From contig NC_045696.1 in the NCBI RefSeq assembly GCF_009834535.1, positions 18,478,001 through 18,542,000 on the forward strand: a DNA stretch of 64,000 nt. Direction: 5' to 3'. Shown here piece after piece: positions 13,713 through 26,450 of the stretch. The stretch is from Camelus ferus (lineage: Eukaryota). Position 1 is the stretch's first letter. Each line of letters starts with the position of its first letter. The notes under the pieces are model-generated. The model worked only from the letters and a program-made list of their open reading frames with translations, searched no databases and was not told the origin of the DNA. The translations under genes were made by a program, and so were the position numbers.

Positions 13713-15051
13713 TAGGAGTCAAAGAGGGAATTGCCTGAAATTGATGCTGGAATTCATCAGTTCCTCTTCAATTCTAGTTATTATTTTAGCAGTTGGGAAG
13801 TTTATTAAATAATCTATGCAATTTTAATAGAATGAGGAGTAATTAGGGTTCCCTTCAATAAGTCTAGGATATTCTTTGATTTAAATTTATGTTTACCCCA
13901 AACTGTAAGATGTGATATTTGCATGGAATGGAAACATCATACCCCACTGCACACTCAATTAAAATAATTTTGTTTTAACATAAATAAATATTGATCATCA
14001 TTACACAGTTTTCGATGTCTTTTGTACAGTAATGGTATGTTATGTGCTTTCCAGCCAAAATAGAGTGTTGAGAAATTTATAACCAATTATAAATCCAATT
14101 TAGTTAAATTGATTTTTATTTTGACTTTCTTTAAAATTCTCTAACATTTGCCAGTCCCCACATGAGGGGTTGATGCACATTGTGAAATTCTATACCCACC
14201 ATAGCACTTTATTTTACAATTCCACCAGCCTAACCAGAATGAGAGTGATAGCCTGCTTTCAGACGGTGTTGCTGCCAACCTTGCCAAGTGGTACATCCAC
14301 TGACTCAGTAGAGAGAGTGACAGCTGAGTCTACAGTTGTCAGACTTCTGATAGCCTCAGCTAGGCAGAGCAGATTTCAAAGCAGGTGGAAACTAAGTTTT
14401 GCCTGACCCATTGCAGTTCAGGCCTCTTAGATGTGCTAAGTGAACTCCCATTTTAATTAACCATGATTTCCTTAAAGGGACTTTCAGAATTTTGTCTACT
14501 TTCAACAAATTTTCCAAAGTCATTTTGAAATATTTATATAATACTGATGGTGAAATCTATCTCATATTCATAATGATCACACTTTGAGTTATCAGTTATA
14601 ATCTGGGAATTACTCTGGAAAATATTCTGCTCCATATGTCAATTATGATATACAAGGGGAAAGAATTTGTGTTTAAAATCCACTAACTGTGATCTGTTAC
14701 TGATTATATTAAGATCTGGACAATAAATAAAGTGAATGATAAAGAGAAATTTTAAAAATATTCATTGTAAGATATTATTTGCATAGATATCATTTGGATT
14801 TATTTCATTAAGCTGACTAGCATTAGTTATTTCATTAAAAACATTTTAGTTATAGTTTCACCATCAAGACAATGTATAGGAGACAGTATCCCTACAGATC
14901 TATAAAAGTTCTGATTTCTCTTCAGTTTGAAGCTAAAACTCTTAATTCTCCTTCAGTTTGTTCGTTCCTTTTAGAATCAGCTTCAGTCGATATTTATGGA
15001 ACAGTAAATTGTGAACTCTGGGCTCTGTTAAGTCACAGAGGTTTATGCATT

Positions 15052-15173
15052 GGGTTATCATACATCTGAGTTTTCTGTGACAATCCAGTATTTTCCTGAT
15101 TTCCTGGCATGATAATAAACAGCCACCATTTCATTCTCACTCCATTTTGGATGATAAATTACATGATCACCCT
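15052..15173. mobile_element. MER94-like hAT-Blackjack MITE
   Basis: About 120 bp with TIR-like ends 'gggttatcatac' ... 'atgatcaccct' and internal 'ttggatgataaattac'. Confidence 0.75.
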
Positions 15174-15453
15174 GTACATAAGGGTCTCGAACATGTACTT
15201 TTTCACTGTATGTGGTAGTACATTTCAGATTTTTTTCCCCCAATCCAAGTTCTAAGTCAGGAACTTGAAAGCAAATGCCCAACAATCTCTGAAAGACCAT
15301 ATCTACTAACTCATAAAATAGTGGCTAATAATAATCAAGAGAAAAGGCATACTTATTTATATAAACAGCAAAACATAATAGTATTTTTAAAAGTTTTTCA
15401 AAGTAATTTCAAGCAGAAAAAGATAATCTAAAAGCAGACAGTTACATTATTAA

Positions 15454-15488
15454 AACACACATACACCCCCCCCACACACACACACACA
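15454..15488. repeat. (CA)n microsatellite, interrupted
   Basis: acacacatacacccccccc(ac)n. Confidence 0.85.
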
Positions 15489-17126
15489 AACTGTGTCAAG
15501 GTTAAAACTAAGTGATGACTGCTTTCTAGACACTGATTTTATATATAGGATTTTAAAATTCATATATAATTGCTGAAATATTTAATCCATATTTGACAAA
15601 GCAGTTTTGATACATGTACGCTGACTTAATTTTATATGTTGGAAAGGATATCTTGAACATGAAACTACGAACAGGATGTGGTTAAATAAGTACGAAAAAA
15701 AATTAGCTCCTGATATGTTTTTATTCTAAAATTATTTGTTCCAGATGCTGACTTATGTCAGCTTCAATTCTGATTTGCATTGTCATTAAAGAAACTAGCC
15801 TTCTCACCCCTCTTGATTATTCCATCCTCGTGTAAATTTATCAGTTCCTTGCTTCTTTCCATTATCTTGGCTACTTCAGTCCTGGTTGCTTTACCTGTTC
15901 TGATGTTCAAGCTTGCCCTCCCAACTCTGCAATATTGCTAAGAGCTGTGCTTGGCTTTTTGCCTCCAATTTGCTATCTTTTCTGTCAGTGTTCCTTGTTT
16001 TGCCTACCGAGTTTCAACATGACCGAAGGGGAAAGGAGGCCGACAGAATGTCAACTCACTACTTTGAAGGTCCTTATGCTTTAGCAGCTTGGCCCCTCAG
16101 TCCCTGATTACCTAGGTATCCATCTTATTTTTTAAGACAGACTATTTTTGTACTTTTCTCTGGAGTTTCTAGTTGTTACCGTTCTCCTTCAAGCTACTCC
16201 AACTGATTCAGCATTAGAATTTGAAACCTTTTTTCAATGAATACATGATTGTCTTTTCTTAAGAAACAGAAATATGTAATATATAATAAAACCCCTCTGG
16301 AGAGGATAGTGAATAATTCTTTCAGCTATATGGAAACTTTTTGAAGTGTGTACACCTTTGAACTATTTTGATCATATGAGTATAAATGTTGGGAATATTT
16401 TATTGCACACTATTTTGTTCCCTCATGTATTTGATGCCTAAAGAAGAAATATATTTAATCACATATATTAGAAATAAAGCTACAGATTGATTTTTCTAAT
16501 TTAGTATGATAGAAAAATAAAATGCTCTGTTTGAATTTTTTTTACAAATTGTTCTGATTGATGCCATGTAAATTATCTCTCAACATAATAGAAACTAAAA
16601 AATATGCTTAAGTTTTTTTTAAGTTTACATATGATTATAGACAATAAACACTCTGTCTCTTTTCTTTTCCCTTTTTTGTTGCTGATCAAACTTGTGTCTT
16701 AAGTATTAGATTATTATTTTCAAGCAACCTAGTACTATCTTCATAATTCTGTAACAAAAGTATTTATAATCTTCTTTTTGCTGTGTAGTATGGCCTTTTC
16801 AACATGCACCTGTATGTCTTGAAATACTTAACTCCATCTTTTAAGCTCCAAGAGAACAGAAAGTTTATTCTTTAGTCTCTGCTTAGTAACTAACACATGT
16901 TTAGCATATAAATTGCATGCGTAATCTATACTTTCCATGTATCAGAAATGAATTATGGAACATGCCTTTTAAAGTTGTATTTTGGTAAGATTTTAGTTAG
17001 TTGTCCCTGTCATTTGGTTTGATTTCCACATCTAAATTGAGAAAAAGAATTCTATACTATTATAATTCCTCACAATCCAAAAGCAAATTAGTCTTAATAT
17101 CTTGCCCATAGCAGGTTATCAATGCT

Positions 17127-17815
17127 AGTCTATCATATAGGAATCTCAGGTGCAAGCAATAATATGATTTTATGTTATTAAAGCACAAAAGTAATTTTAT
17201 TAAAAGAATATTGGATGGGTTAGTAATTCCATGGGTAGCTTGAAATTGAAGCTTAGAAAAGAGGAAGGAATAGACAAAATGAAAGAGCTGAGGTTAAAAT
17301 TCATCTCAAAAACCAGTGTGAAACCAGACAACACAACTGCACTAACAGGTAGGTGGATGTTGAGTGTTAACATGAAATGTGTCTCATGCAGCCACAGTTT
17401 GGAGGAAACCGAAGAAAAGCTCTAGGGTTTTTTAAATCAGTGGGCTTGCCGCGGGCACTGGAATGGAACAGCCACACTCACACCACAGCCCCCACTGTTC
17501 CTATAAATTGGATGCTGCTGCTGTAATTACTCTTGATACTGTTCCCCATCTGGGTAATTTTTCCATTATGAGTGCTACTTTGTTATAATATCTCAAAATT
17601 AGAAGTGTAAGGTGTTTATATTGGCTCTCTTAGCCTTCATCTAGTTCCAAAATCCTAGGTCCAAGACAACTCAAGAAAATAATGGTCAGAGTTGTTTCAA
17701 TCTCTCCAGTAGAGGTGGTCTCTTTCACTGACCAAGGCTCACTGTGTGGGAAAATATTCAAATATAGTCAAGAGACCTTAATTTAGGAACAAACAAATGA
17801 CCAATGTCTGTTAGA
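17127..17815 (-). mobile_element. Old MaLR LTR (MLT1L/M/N-like)
   Basis: 'ctcaggtgcaagcaat...taagcacaaaagtaattttattaaaagaatattgg' at one end and 'accaaggctcactgtgtggg...aaatgaccaatgtctgttaga' at the other. Confidence 0.65.
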
Positions 17816-18059
17816 GTTGTATGTAAAATTTACGTTTTCTTTAGCTTTCTTGAATACGCATTACTATCCAAAATTATCTTGGATAATTTGATTCTAGGTA
17901 CTGCTAAAACAAAGAAAAGCAAAACAAAACAAGAAACAAGAAACAACAAAAACAAGAGGAACCCCAAAATTATTCCATTGTGAGGAGTTATAAGTTCTGC
18001 ACTCATCAGCATGAAAGCTCTACATTAAAGATTTAGGATTTTAAAATTTAGTTGAGGAT

Positions 18060-18825
18060 AAAACATCCTCAACTTGATAAAGAACATCTACAAAAGACTT
18101 AGAACTAACATACTTAATGATGAGGAACTAGATGCTTGTCCATTAAGATCAAGAATAAGGCATGGGTATCTCTTCTCATCACTTGTTTCCAACATTGTAC
18201 TGAAAGTTCTAGATAATAAAGTAAGATGAGAGGAAATAAAATTTATGCAGGTTATGAAGAAATAAACTGTATTTGTTCACAGATGATGTGACTGTCTACA
18301 CAGAAAACCCTGGAGAATCAACAAAAATCCACCCTGGAACTAATAAGTGATTATACTAAGGTTCCAGGATATGAGCTATAATACACAAAAGTCAATTGTT
18401 TTCTCATATAACAGCAATGAGCAACTCAAGTTCAAAGTTCAAAACAACATATAATTTACATTAGCAGCAGAAAATGAAATACTTAGATGAAAATCTAACA
18501 AAATACATACAAGATTTACATGAGAAAAACTATAAAAGTCTGATGAAAAAAGTACAGAAGATCTAAATAAATGGAGGGGAATTTTATGTTCATGGAAAGA
18601 TTCAATATTGTCAAGAGGTCAGCATTCTCAACTTGATGTATCGACTCAACACATCAAAACCTCAGCAAGTTCTTTTACAGATTTCAGCCAACTGATTCTA
18701 GCTTATATGGAAAAACCAAAGAATCAAAATAGCCAACAGAATACTGAAGAAGAACAAAGTTAGAGGAATGACACTACCTGACCTCAAGACTTACTATGAA
18801 ACCACAACAGTCAAAACCTAGTGTT
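18060..18825 (+). mobile_element. Old L1 ORF2 (reverse transcriptase) fragment
   Basis: 'ttgttcacagatgatgtgactgtctacacagaaaaccct' = LFTDDVTVYTENP (FADD motif); 'gacactacctgacctcaagacttactat' = TLPDLKTYY. Confidence 0.9.
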
Positions 18826-20077
18826 ACTGAGGCAATGATGGATTTTACATTTATGTGTTCTGACATTACATTTCCTCATGTATATTTTAATGTTACATCA
18901 AAATAATTAGAATTGTTATTATTATTACAATAATGGTTTTATAGTTCTGTGATAGTGAAGATTTACATGTATCTCTGGGTTTTTTATGCAACTAAAATAA
19001 AATAAGCTTTTGTATAGCGATTTAATCTATTATAAAGTACAATTTGCTCTTAAAATGATCTTCTTCCCACTGTCTTATTCTACTATGTAAGCAGTTTATT
19101 TGTCTTAGCTTTTCCTAAAATCTCCTCAATCTAACATTTTCAAATTACATTATGTGAGCTAATACTTTTCTTTACAGATAGGTAGAGTACTTGACTAATT
19201 TGTTTTTCTTTTTTTTAATATTTATTACCCCTAGTTCTTCCATAATATTTTGGAGGAAATAGGTTACCTTTTCAACATAATTTCTTTTCTTGTAAGCAGG
19301 TTTTAAGTAGTTTAGACTTGATCATACGAAGATTTGTAAAGGATAGAGTTTGAAAATTCAAGATAAGGTTTTAATGCTTTGTATCTTTTAGATTAAGTTA
19401 CTAACAATTATTGAGTCTTTTATCTAAAGAATGAGTGGCCTCTGTCTATACTGAACAGTTATCACACATAGGAAAAGTAAGAGCAGAAGAGGACGAACCT
19501 AGAAAGCTTCATACAAGCTCGTTATACCTGGCCGATCACTGAGGTCCTGGTGGTAGAGCCTGTTCAACCTGAGCTTTGAGACATATTTTCACTTATTCTG
19601 TTGTTGAGCAGAACAACCCCTGTTTGACAGATCTGATCCTTGCCCATCCATATTGGTTAGCTGACTAGTAGAGTGTGGATCAGAGCCTTCCAAGCTTTTA
19701 TGGATGTGGGAATCATTCTCAGCATTCCCAGTCTCACAGTCAGTGCTACCATACCTAAAATTCCTTAAGTGTTATTATTTTTTATTTTTATTTTTAAAAA
19801 GCTAACATCACTTGAGAATTACGAGGTGGTATAAAAAGAATTTAGAAATCACTTGAACAGAGTGAAATCAAGGCCAGCCCCAGGGGCAGGATGTCAGAAT
19901 GTAGTGGGAAGGAAGGAAGACGCTATGTGTTTTTTGGTTTGTTTGCTTTTGGTCTCTGAGAGAGCTGGTCAGGCCACTTCCTTGGCCCCACCCACTCCCT
20001 TCTGTTCCCCTGTTCACCTTTTCCAGGCTGGGGGAGTGGATTGCTGAATTACTATATCCTCTTTGGAAATCTAGGGG

Positions 20078-20485
20078 TCTATGACTTAGTTAGGGCTGCC
20101 ATACCAAAATACCACAGATTAGGTGGCTTAAACAAGGGAAATTTATTTGTTTATGGTTCTGGAGGCTACATGTTCGAGAGCAAAACAACAACAGCTCTGG
20201 TACCTTCTGTGGTCTCTCTCCCCGCCTCGCAGATTGCCACCTTCTCCGTGAGCTCACACGGCTGGCTTTCTGCCTGCACGTGTCGGGTGCTTTTTCCCTC
20301 TGTCTGTGTTCTGTTCACCTCCTGTAAGAACGTGACACAGACTGAATTCAGTCCCACGCTGATGCCTTCCTTTCAAATTAATTACCTCTTTAAAGACCCT
20401 TTCTCCAAATAAAGTCACATTCTGAGGTACTGAGGGTTAGAGCCTTAACATGAATTTTGGGTGGACACAATTCAGCCCAGAACCA
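20078..20485 (-). mobile_element. MaLR LTR (MLT1A/B-like)
   Basis: 'agggctgccataccaaaataccacagattaggtggcttaaac' ... 'gtcacattctgaggtactgagggttagagc...gacacaattcagccc'. Confidence 0.9.
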
Positions 20486-23484
20486 GAGGTAACTCTGAAA
20501 TTTACCAGCCCTCTTAGTTAGCACCTTTGTTTCCTGCCATCTGTCTTCTCTTCTGCTGCCACCTTGGATTCTGTTACAGTATCAAAAAATCGACCAGGGC
20601 AGAGTTTCAGGAGCTCATTTTGCTGCATTGCCACACTCCTGGCATCCCCCCTCATTCTTGTAGCTTATCGGTCTCGGCAGGGAGCCGCTCCCTCCCCACT
20701 AGGTCTAATTAGCAGTGTTTTTAAAAACCATCAGATAGGGTAAATCAGACTGCATCTGAGCCTCCTCAGGAGGCAAAGCAATTCTTCGTTTGAAGCTTAG
20801 ATGAGATAATTTTCAGATCAGAAACGATCACTGAAGATTTAGGAAACCCATTCATCTATTAAGTTTTTTGCTTGATCCTGATTTTTTTAAATGGTTTACA
20901 GTTTTTGCTCTGTACAATATGCACATTATCATTACAGATGAACAAGGGAGACAGAGTGCTGTGGGACATAAGGGACTAGAGAAAGTACAACCAATTTATT
21001 AAATGTATTAAAAATATTCAAAACTCACTGTTTCAACAGGGAGTGCTGTTTTATCCAGATGGGCACTTGAAGTTTGCAAATGGATGAACAGTGCCATTAA
21101 TTGGTAATACATAATTAACGAAACCTTAGGCAGTAATGGGAGATCTGTAGCCTTTCAAGGAAGTAAAAGTTGAGGAGAGTAATTGGAAAACTCAGTAAAA
21201 GCTGTGATTCAAACTGGCTAAATCTTTGTGAGAGTCAGCACCTTAAACATTTTAAATAAATGATCTGCTGTGGTTGATGAATTTTTTTTTCCATTCTTAA
21301 GTTTCTATTCTTTCTTCTCTTTTTTCTGCTCTGCTGTTTTTAATTTCCAAATCCTTTGTAAAGGTAGTCTTTTTGATCTGTAAAGAATCTTTCTTCTGTT
21401 CCTTCTAGCAAGTAGTAAATTGGTGACTCACCTTAACAATAAGATTAGACCATAAGGCTACCATTAGTGGATTTTTAGCATGTCTCAAAAGTGCTGATAA
21501 GGCATCTGGAAAAGCTGTGCTAGGACCTTAGAGGATAATGTGACAGTCTCATAACCCATATGTGTACAAAAACAAAAAGTTCTGATGGAAGCTGTTTTAT
21601 TCCCCAGGGCAGGGTAAGTCATCAAAATATGCACGTTGAATTTTTGGTATTCTACTTAACTCGTTAGTTACCCCCTACACTTTAATGCTGCTTCTAAGAA
21701 GATTCTTTTTATATATATTCTCTTTATATTGTACAACAGTCCTTGTCTGTATAAATAAGGATCATCCATCTTTGGGAAAAATGACAGTTGATTTTTAATC
21801 TCTAAAAATCAAAATTTCATCATATCATTACATGTCAAACTAGTTAAAATCAATGTTCAGCTAATCCTCTGTTTTTATACTTTCAAATATAGTGTTTTGC
21901 CTTGAGATTGCCAGAAAGATGTTACACTCACTGGGCACAACCACTGAGAACATTCTCTCAAAGTTCTCTCAAAAAAGAGCCAACTAATTCCATAGTCTGC
22001 TGGGAACATGACTTCCCCAGTACACATTTCCTCTTATTTTGTAATTTTTATTGGAAGTTTATTTTCAAGTGCTTTCTGTTTGTTTGTTTTCCTATGGGAA
22101 TCATTTTTTGTTTGCTTCTTTTAGTTGTCCCCAAGGCTTTACCTGTAAAGAAGCAATTGTGTGTTTTAGGAGACAGGCCTGGCTAGAGTACCAAAAAATC
22201 AAAACATAATGATACAGTAAATAATTTATAAACGTGTTTCTCTATTTCCTAGCAATCTAATATTCAGCAGTGCTAGAAAGGCGTGGAGGTGCCATTGTGT
22301 GACGAATCAAGTTTCCCTCTATTTTGTTTCACTGCTGTTCTCAAAAGGCACCTTTGTAGCTGGCAAAATAGAACATCAGTGAAAGGACACAGAAGACTAA
22401 AGGAAGCCCATTATCTGTCTTCACAAGTGTGTGCACTGACAGGGAACATTTCCATTCATAAGGGACATCTTTTTCTCCTTTCTCCTTGGTCCAACAAGAA
22501 GACATTGGCCTCATTGCTAGATGCTCAGAATGCCAGTGAACTTTTCTTTTACTCATTCAGTTTTTATTTCAAAAGCATGAATTTTCTGGAGGGCAAACTT
22601 TCTTGAGAGTGTGCAAATCCCTTTACTTGTAACAACTGCTTTTGAAATGTGGTAAGTTCAGTTAAGATGGGGGCTTTGCAAATAATTGTGAATTACTGTG
22701 GTGAGTAGTAGTCACATCTACTGGTCTCCCTGTGTCCTTTTTCTCCCTTGTTTTATTTTATTTTTTATATATTTAAGAAAAATACTGAAAAAATAATATA
22801 TTGAAGAAAAATAATGAAGTTTTCATCATTTTTGAATCGGAAGATTGGCGGAACATATGCATATAAATAAGCTTATAAATAAACAAGATGAATAAAACTG
22901 TTACTGTGAAAGCTTGGCATGTTTAAATTTTCATGTATATACAGCTTCTAGAAGCTGAGAAGATTGACATCTGTTTTTATACATGCCATGGAGGGGAACA
23001 TTAGAATATGGCTAGTATCCTAGAAATTTCAGTCTTCAATATAATCTATGAATTAAAAAAAAAAAAAAAAAGGAAGGAAAAACAGTACCTACCAAAGCTG
23101 TAGAACCCTGGGAAGGCATTCCACAATTAAATCTATTCAAACTCTTGAACGAAACAAAAGCATAAAAGTTGTTGGCCTGGGACATGTTATGTAAAGTTAA
23201 TGGGGATGACAAAGTAGAGAAAAACTAGCGAAGAAGAGATTAATTAAAAGCTACTACATTTTGAAACCAATTCAAGGGAACTCAAGTGAAATTCATTGCT
23301 TGGCATCAGTGAAGTGCATGAGAAATGACTGTGAAAATCTTAGAGACTCACTCTTCAGTATAGTTAAAAATAATATACCCTTACAAATGCTAATCATTTC
23401 CAGATTTTTATTTAAGAAGTAAAAGAATAGTAGGACAAAAATGTAACTAATATGTAAAGATGCCCAATAATGTATTAAGAAGAA

Positions 23485-23690
23485 ATGTGGTGGAAGTGAT
23501 TAAAAGCATGGTTCTTGTCAACAGAGAGATTTAATTTTAATTACCAGGTGTAGGTAAACCTCTGTTTCTCAGTTACCTCACTTGCAAAAGTTCACATTCG
23601 TATTTCCTCGCTATTAGAGGTAGTTGGTATAAATAAAGTATTGTTTGTAAAATGTTTAGCAAATAGTATGCTATGCCTATAAATGATAGG
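23485..23690 (+). mobile_element. MIR SINE
   Basis: 'gtgattaaaagcatgg...aacctctgtttctcagttacctcacttgcaaaa...tgtaaaatgtttagca'. Confidence 0.6.
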
Positions 23691-24614
23691 GAACATGATT
23701 GAATTAAATAAAGAATAGAGACATTTTAACCTATTTTATCTTATTTCTTTTCAATGATCATCATGCTTATTCCAAGACAATCAAATAATTTGTACATGAG
23801 AAATGAATGAGTTGATTAGCCGTTCTCTAATAATTATTTGCAATTCTAATATCACTTTTAATCCTAATTGTCTCCAGTGAGCTCTGCAACTTTAAGAAAA
23901 TGGTACATTTCCATGGGTTTGGTATCCCATTCTATTTGAGTGACAGTTGTGGAGATGCAGACATTAATTCTACGAACATTTTAGGAGAATATTTGTAAGC
24001 AGATTTTAGGCCTATGTAGACACTTTTATAATTTAATAAATATTTCCTATTTACTACTTTAGGTGTAGAAGAGCTATTGGTCATAATGAAAATAAATTAG
24101 TAGACTAGAAGAGCTGATATATTGTAGCATTCTCAGTGCAGCACAGCCAAGCTCTTTGTATTTCATGAAAAGAAAAAAAAGAATGTATCAATGCATCGTA
24201 GCTGAAAGATATAAAATGAGAGAGAAACTGATCAGGTAACAAGGTTCATGTATTAAAGTCTGAAAAAAGAGCACGACAGAAAAGAGAGAAAGGTAATAAC
24301 TAGTAAAACTAAATTCATGGAATTTTAGGATAGAAATAGGGAAGGGAAATTGAAACACATGCTTAACAGAATGCAAAATCTTGCAACCCCAAAAGATATT
24401 TATTTTTCTATAGGTTGAAAAATAAAGGTATAGATCTATAGATATATCATGTATTTCAAGTAAATTTTGTTTAAATTGTAAACTCTCATGTTTCAAAATG
24501 ACCCCATTGATGGTAATTGCAAGTTTTGTGCAGGTGTAGCCAAACAGACCATTTTATCTCTAGCTGAGAATGTAGTAACTATCGTCCTCCCTACATATAA
24601 ATATTTTTATTTGA

Positions 24615-24975
24615 TGTTGGGGGTCAGGTTCCCCGGGAATGTTTAGGCTTGAAGAAGTTTACGGAGAATGGTCTTGTGATCAACGGGAGAATGAAAGACG
24701 GGATCAGCTTGAGAGAAACATGGACTGCAATTCAGTCACATCATGACCTTTGCAAAACCCCCCAGGCCATCTGGAGCTGAGATGTCCCTTCAGCATCTCC
24801 CTGAGTTGGGGAAGCAGTTTGGGCCTTTAAAACTGCATGTCAACCAGTAACTGGATGTAAGATGCTCTTAAGGAAGAAGAGATGGATTTGAGCATGGTAG
24901 CGGGCAAATACAGAAACTCAGGAAAGAGTTCCTTTAGCTTTGCAGGGGGGATTTGGGAAGTGTGACACACACAAG
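24615..24975 (-). mobile_element. LTR16A-like ERVL LTR
   Basis: 'ctggagctgagatgtcccttcagcatctccctgagttgggg...ggcctttaaaactgcatgtcaaccagtaactggatg...gggggatttgggaag'. Confidence 0.75.
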
Positions 24976-24996
24976 TGAGAGACTGAATACATAAAT

Positions 24997-25620
24997 GAAG
25001 AACGGTGAGACCACAAATGAGCACAGAGCTCTAATCTGCCATCTCTGTAGCCACAAGCCCAGAAAGCCGAGCCACAACCTCTGCAGCTATTGGCCCAGAG
25101 GAGTCAGGACTTGGTTAATGACTGCTGACTTCCTTCTCATTTTTTTTATTTGCACTGCCAACTCTGGACCAACAAGAGAAAGCCACATAAGTTCCCCAAA
25201 CCATATGAAGTGCCTGCTTCTAGTTAGCCCACCTCCAGCTTCCTCATGTCAACAATCTCCAATAAGAGCATACCTGAAGCCTTCTCTTTCTTTTCACTGT
25301 AGAGTTTCTCCAAGCTCTTGCGTGACTTTGAGTCTCTAACAAGGAAGTGATGGTGGCTGACTCCTTGTTACAGCAAATTCTGAACTTGCAGACTCTCTTT
25401 GTTCTGATTTTAGTGGTCTTTATTTCCCCACCTGCCAAGAATTCCGACGAGAGCATACCTGAAACATCTCCCTCTCTCTGTCAAGTGTCCCCACATCCTG
25501 CGTGCCTTGGAATCTCGGGCAAACACAAGTGATGGTAGCTGGCTCCCTTGCTATAGCAACCTCAGATTAAATATAGCTTGTGTTTGTTCTTATTTGGGTG
25601 GGCTTTCTTTATGTCCACGG
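24997..25620 (+). mobile_element. MER110/MER90-like ERV1 LTR with duplicated 3' ~185 bp
   Basis: 'caggacttggttaatgactgc', 'ggaccaacaagagaaagcc', 'gcttctagttagcccacctccagcttcc'; 'gagcatacctgaa' occurs twice (25266 and 25451). Confidence 0.8.
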
Positions 25621-25749
25621 TTCTTCTGAAGCTGCATCAAGATATGGTCTGCACTGATCTTAAAGATTACGCTGTATTGACTTTTCTTTCCACCTCGTGA
25701 AGGAATTTCTTCTACCACAACCCAGATTGGAATCACTAGATCCTTAACC

Positions 25750-26450
25750 TTAATCCTTTTTTCTCAGAGGTCCTTAATGACTTCATGATTATTGAATGTA
25801 TTCATGTTTTTGCAAAAACAATATTTACTTGATTGCTCAGATTTATTTGCACTGTCGAATACACCCATCCATTCCCCATATTTTACAGCAACTCTCTGTC
25901 CTTGCCTTTCCTGGACAATCACCGTGAAACACCATTTCATATATAGTGTTTAGTAGGGTAGAGTTTCTTTTTTCCACTAAGTAAGCTCTAAATAGTGAGG
26001 GGCTATATCTGCTTTGTTCCCTATGATATCCCCAGACCTCAAAAGAGTGTTTCAGTCATAGTGACAGTTAAATTAATATTTCTGTATAATATAATGTATA
26101 ATTCATTTGAATGCCCATATCTTGAACTCATTTATATTCTTTTTCCCAAACTCAGATCTACTTAATTTTTGTGTTGTCTGTCTTGGAGAATGGAATTGGT
26201 TTTCAGCCAGTTATTCAAGTCAGAAATTTTTAAGCCATGATAGAATTCTTCATTTCTACCCATAGCAATCATTCATCAGATGCTTTAGTTTCTGTATATA
26301 AATTAATTATTGAATTTGTCCCTTCTTTCACAAACCTATGCTCAGAGTCTCCTTTCTTCCTGAAGCTATTTTTTCTCAACTGATCTATATCTGGCCTCAC
26401 GGTCACCAGAATAATTTTTCTTATACTTAAGTTGCATGGCTAATTGAGAT
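25750..26450 (+). mobile_element. L2 fragments (several)
   Basis: L2 3' end 'ccactaagtaagctct...ctgctttgttccctatgatatccccagacct' (~25973-26090) flanked by L2 body text ('ccagttattcaagtcagaaattt'). Confidence 0.6.

Noticed and set aside
19154..19190. Possible 4-nt microexon (gctaat...ttttctttacag ATAG gtagag)
   Set aside because: Weak donor, frame-shifting length and no host gene evidence.
20041..20412. 123-aa ORF
   Set aside because: Lies within an MLT1A-type LTR; this is a translation of repeat sequence.
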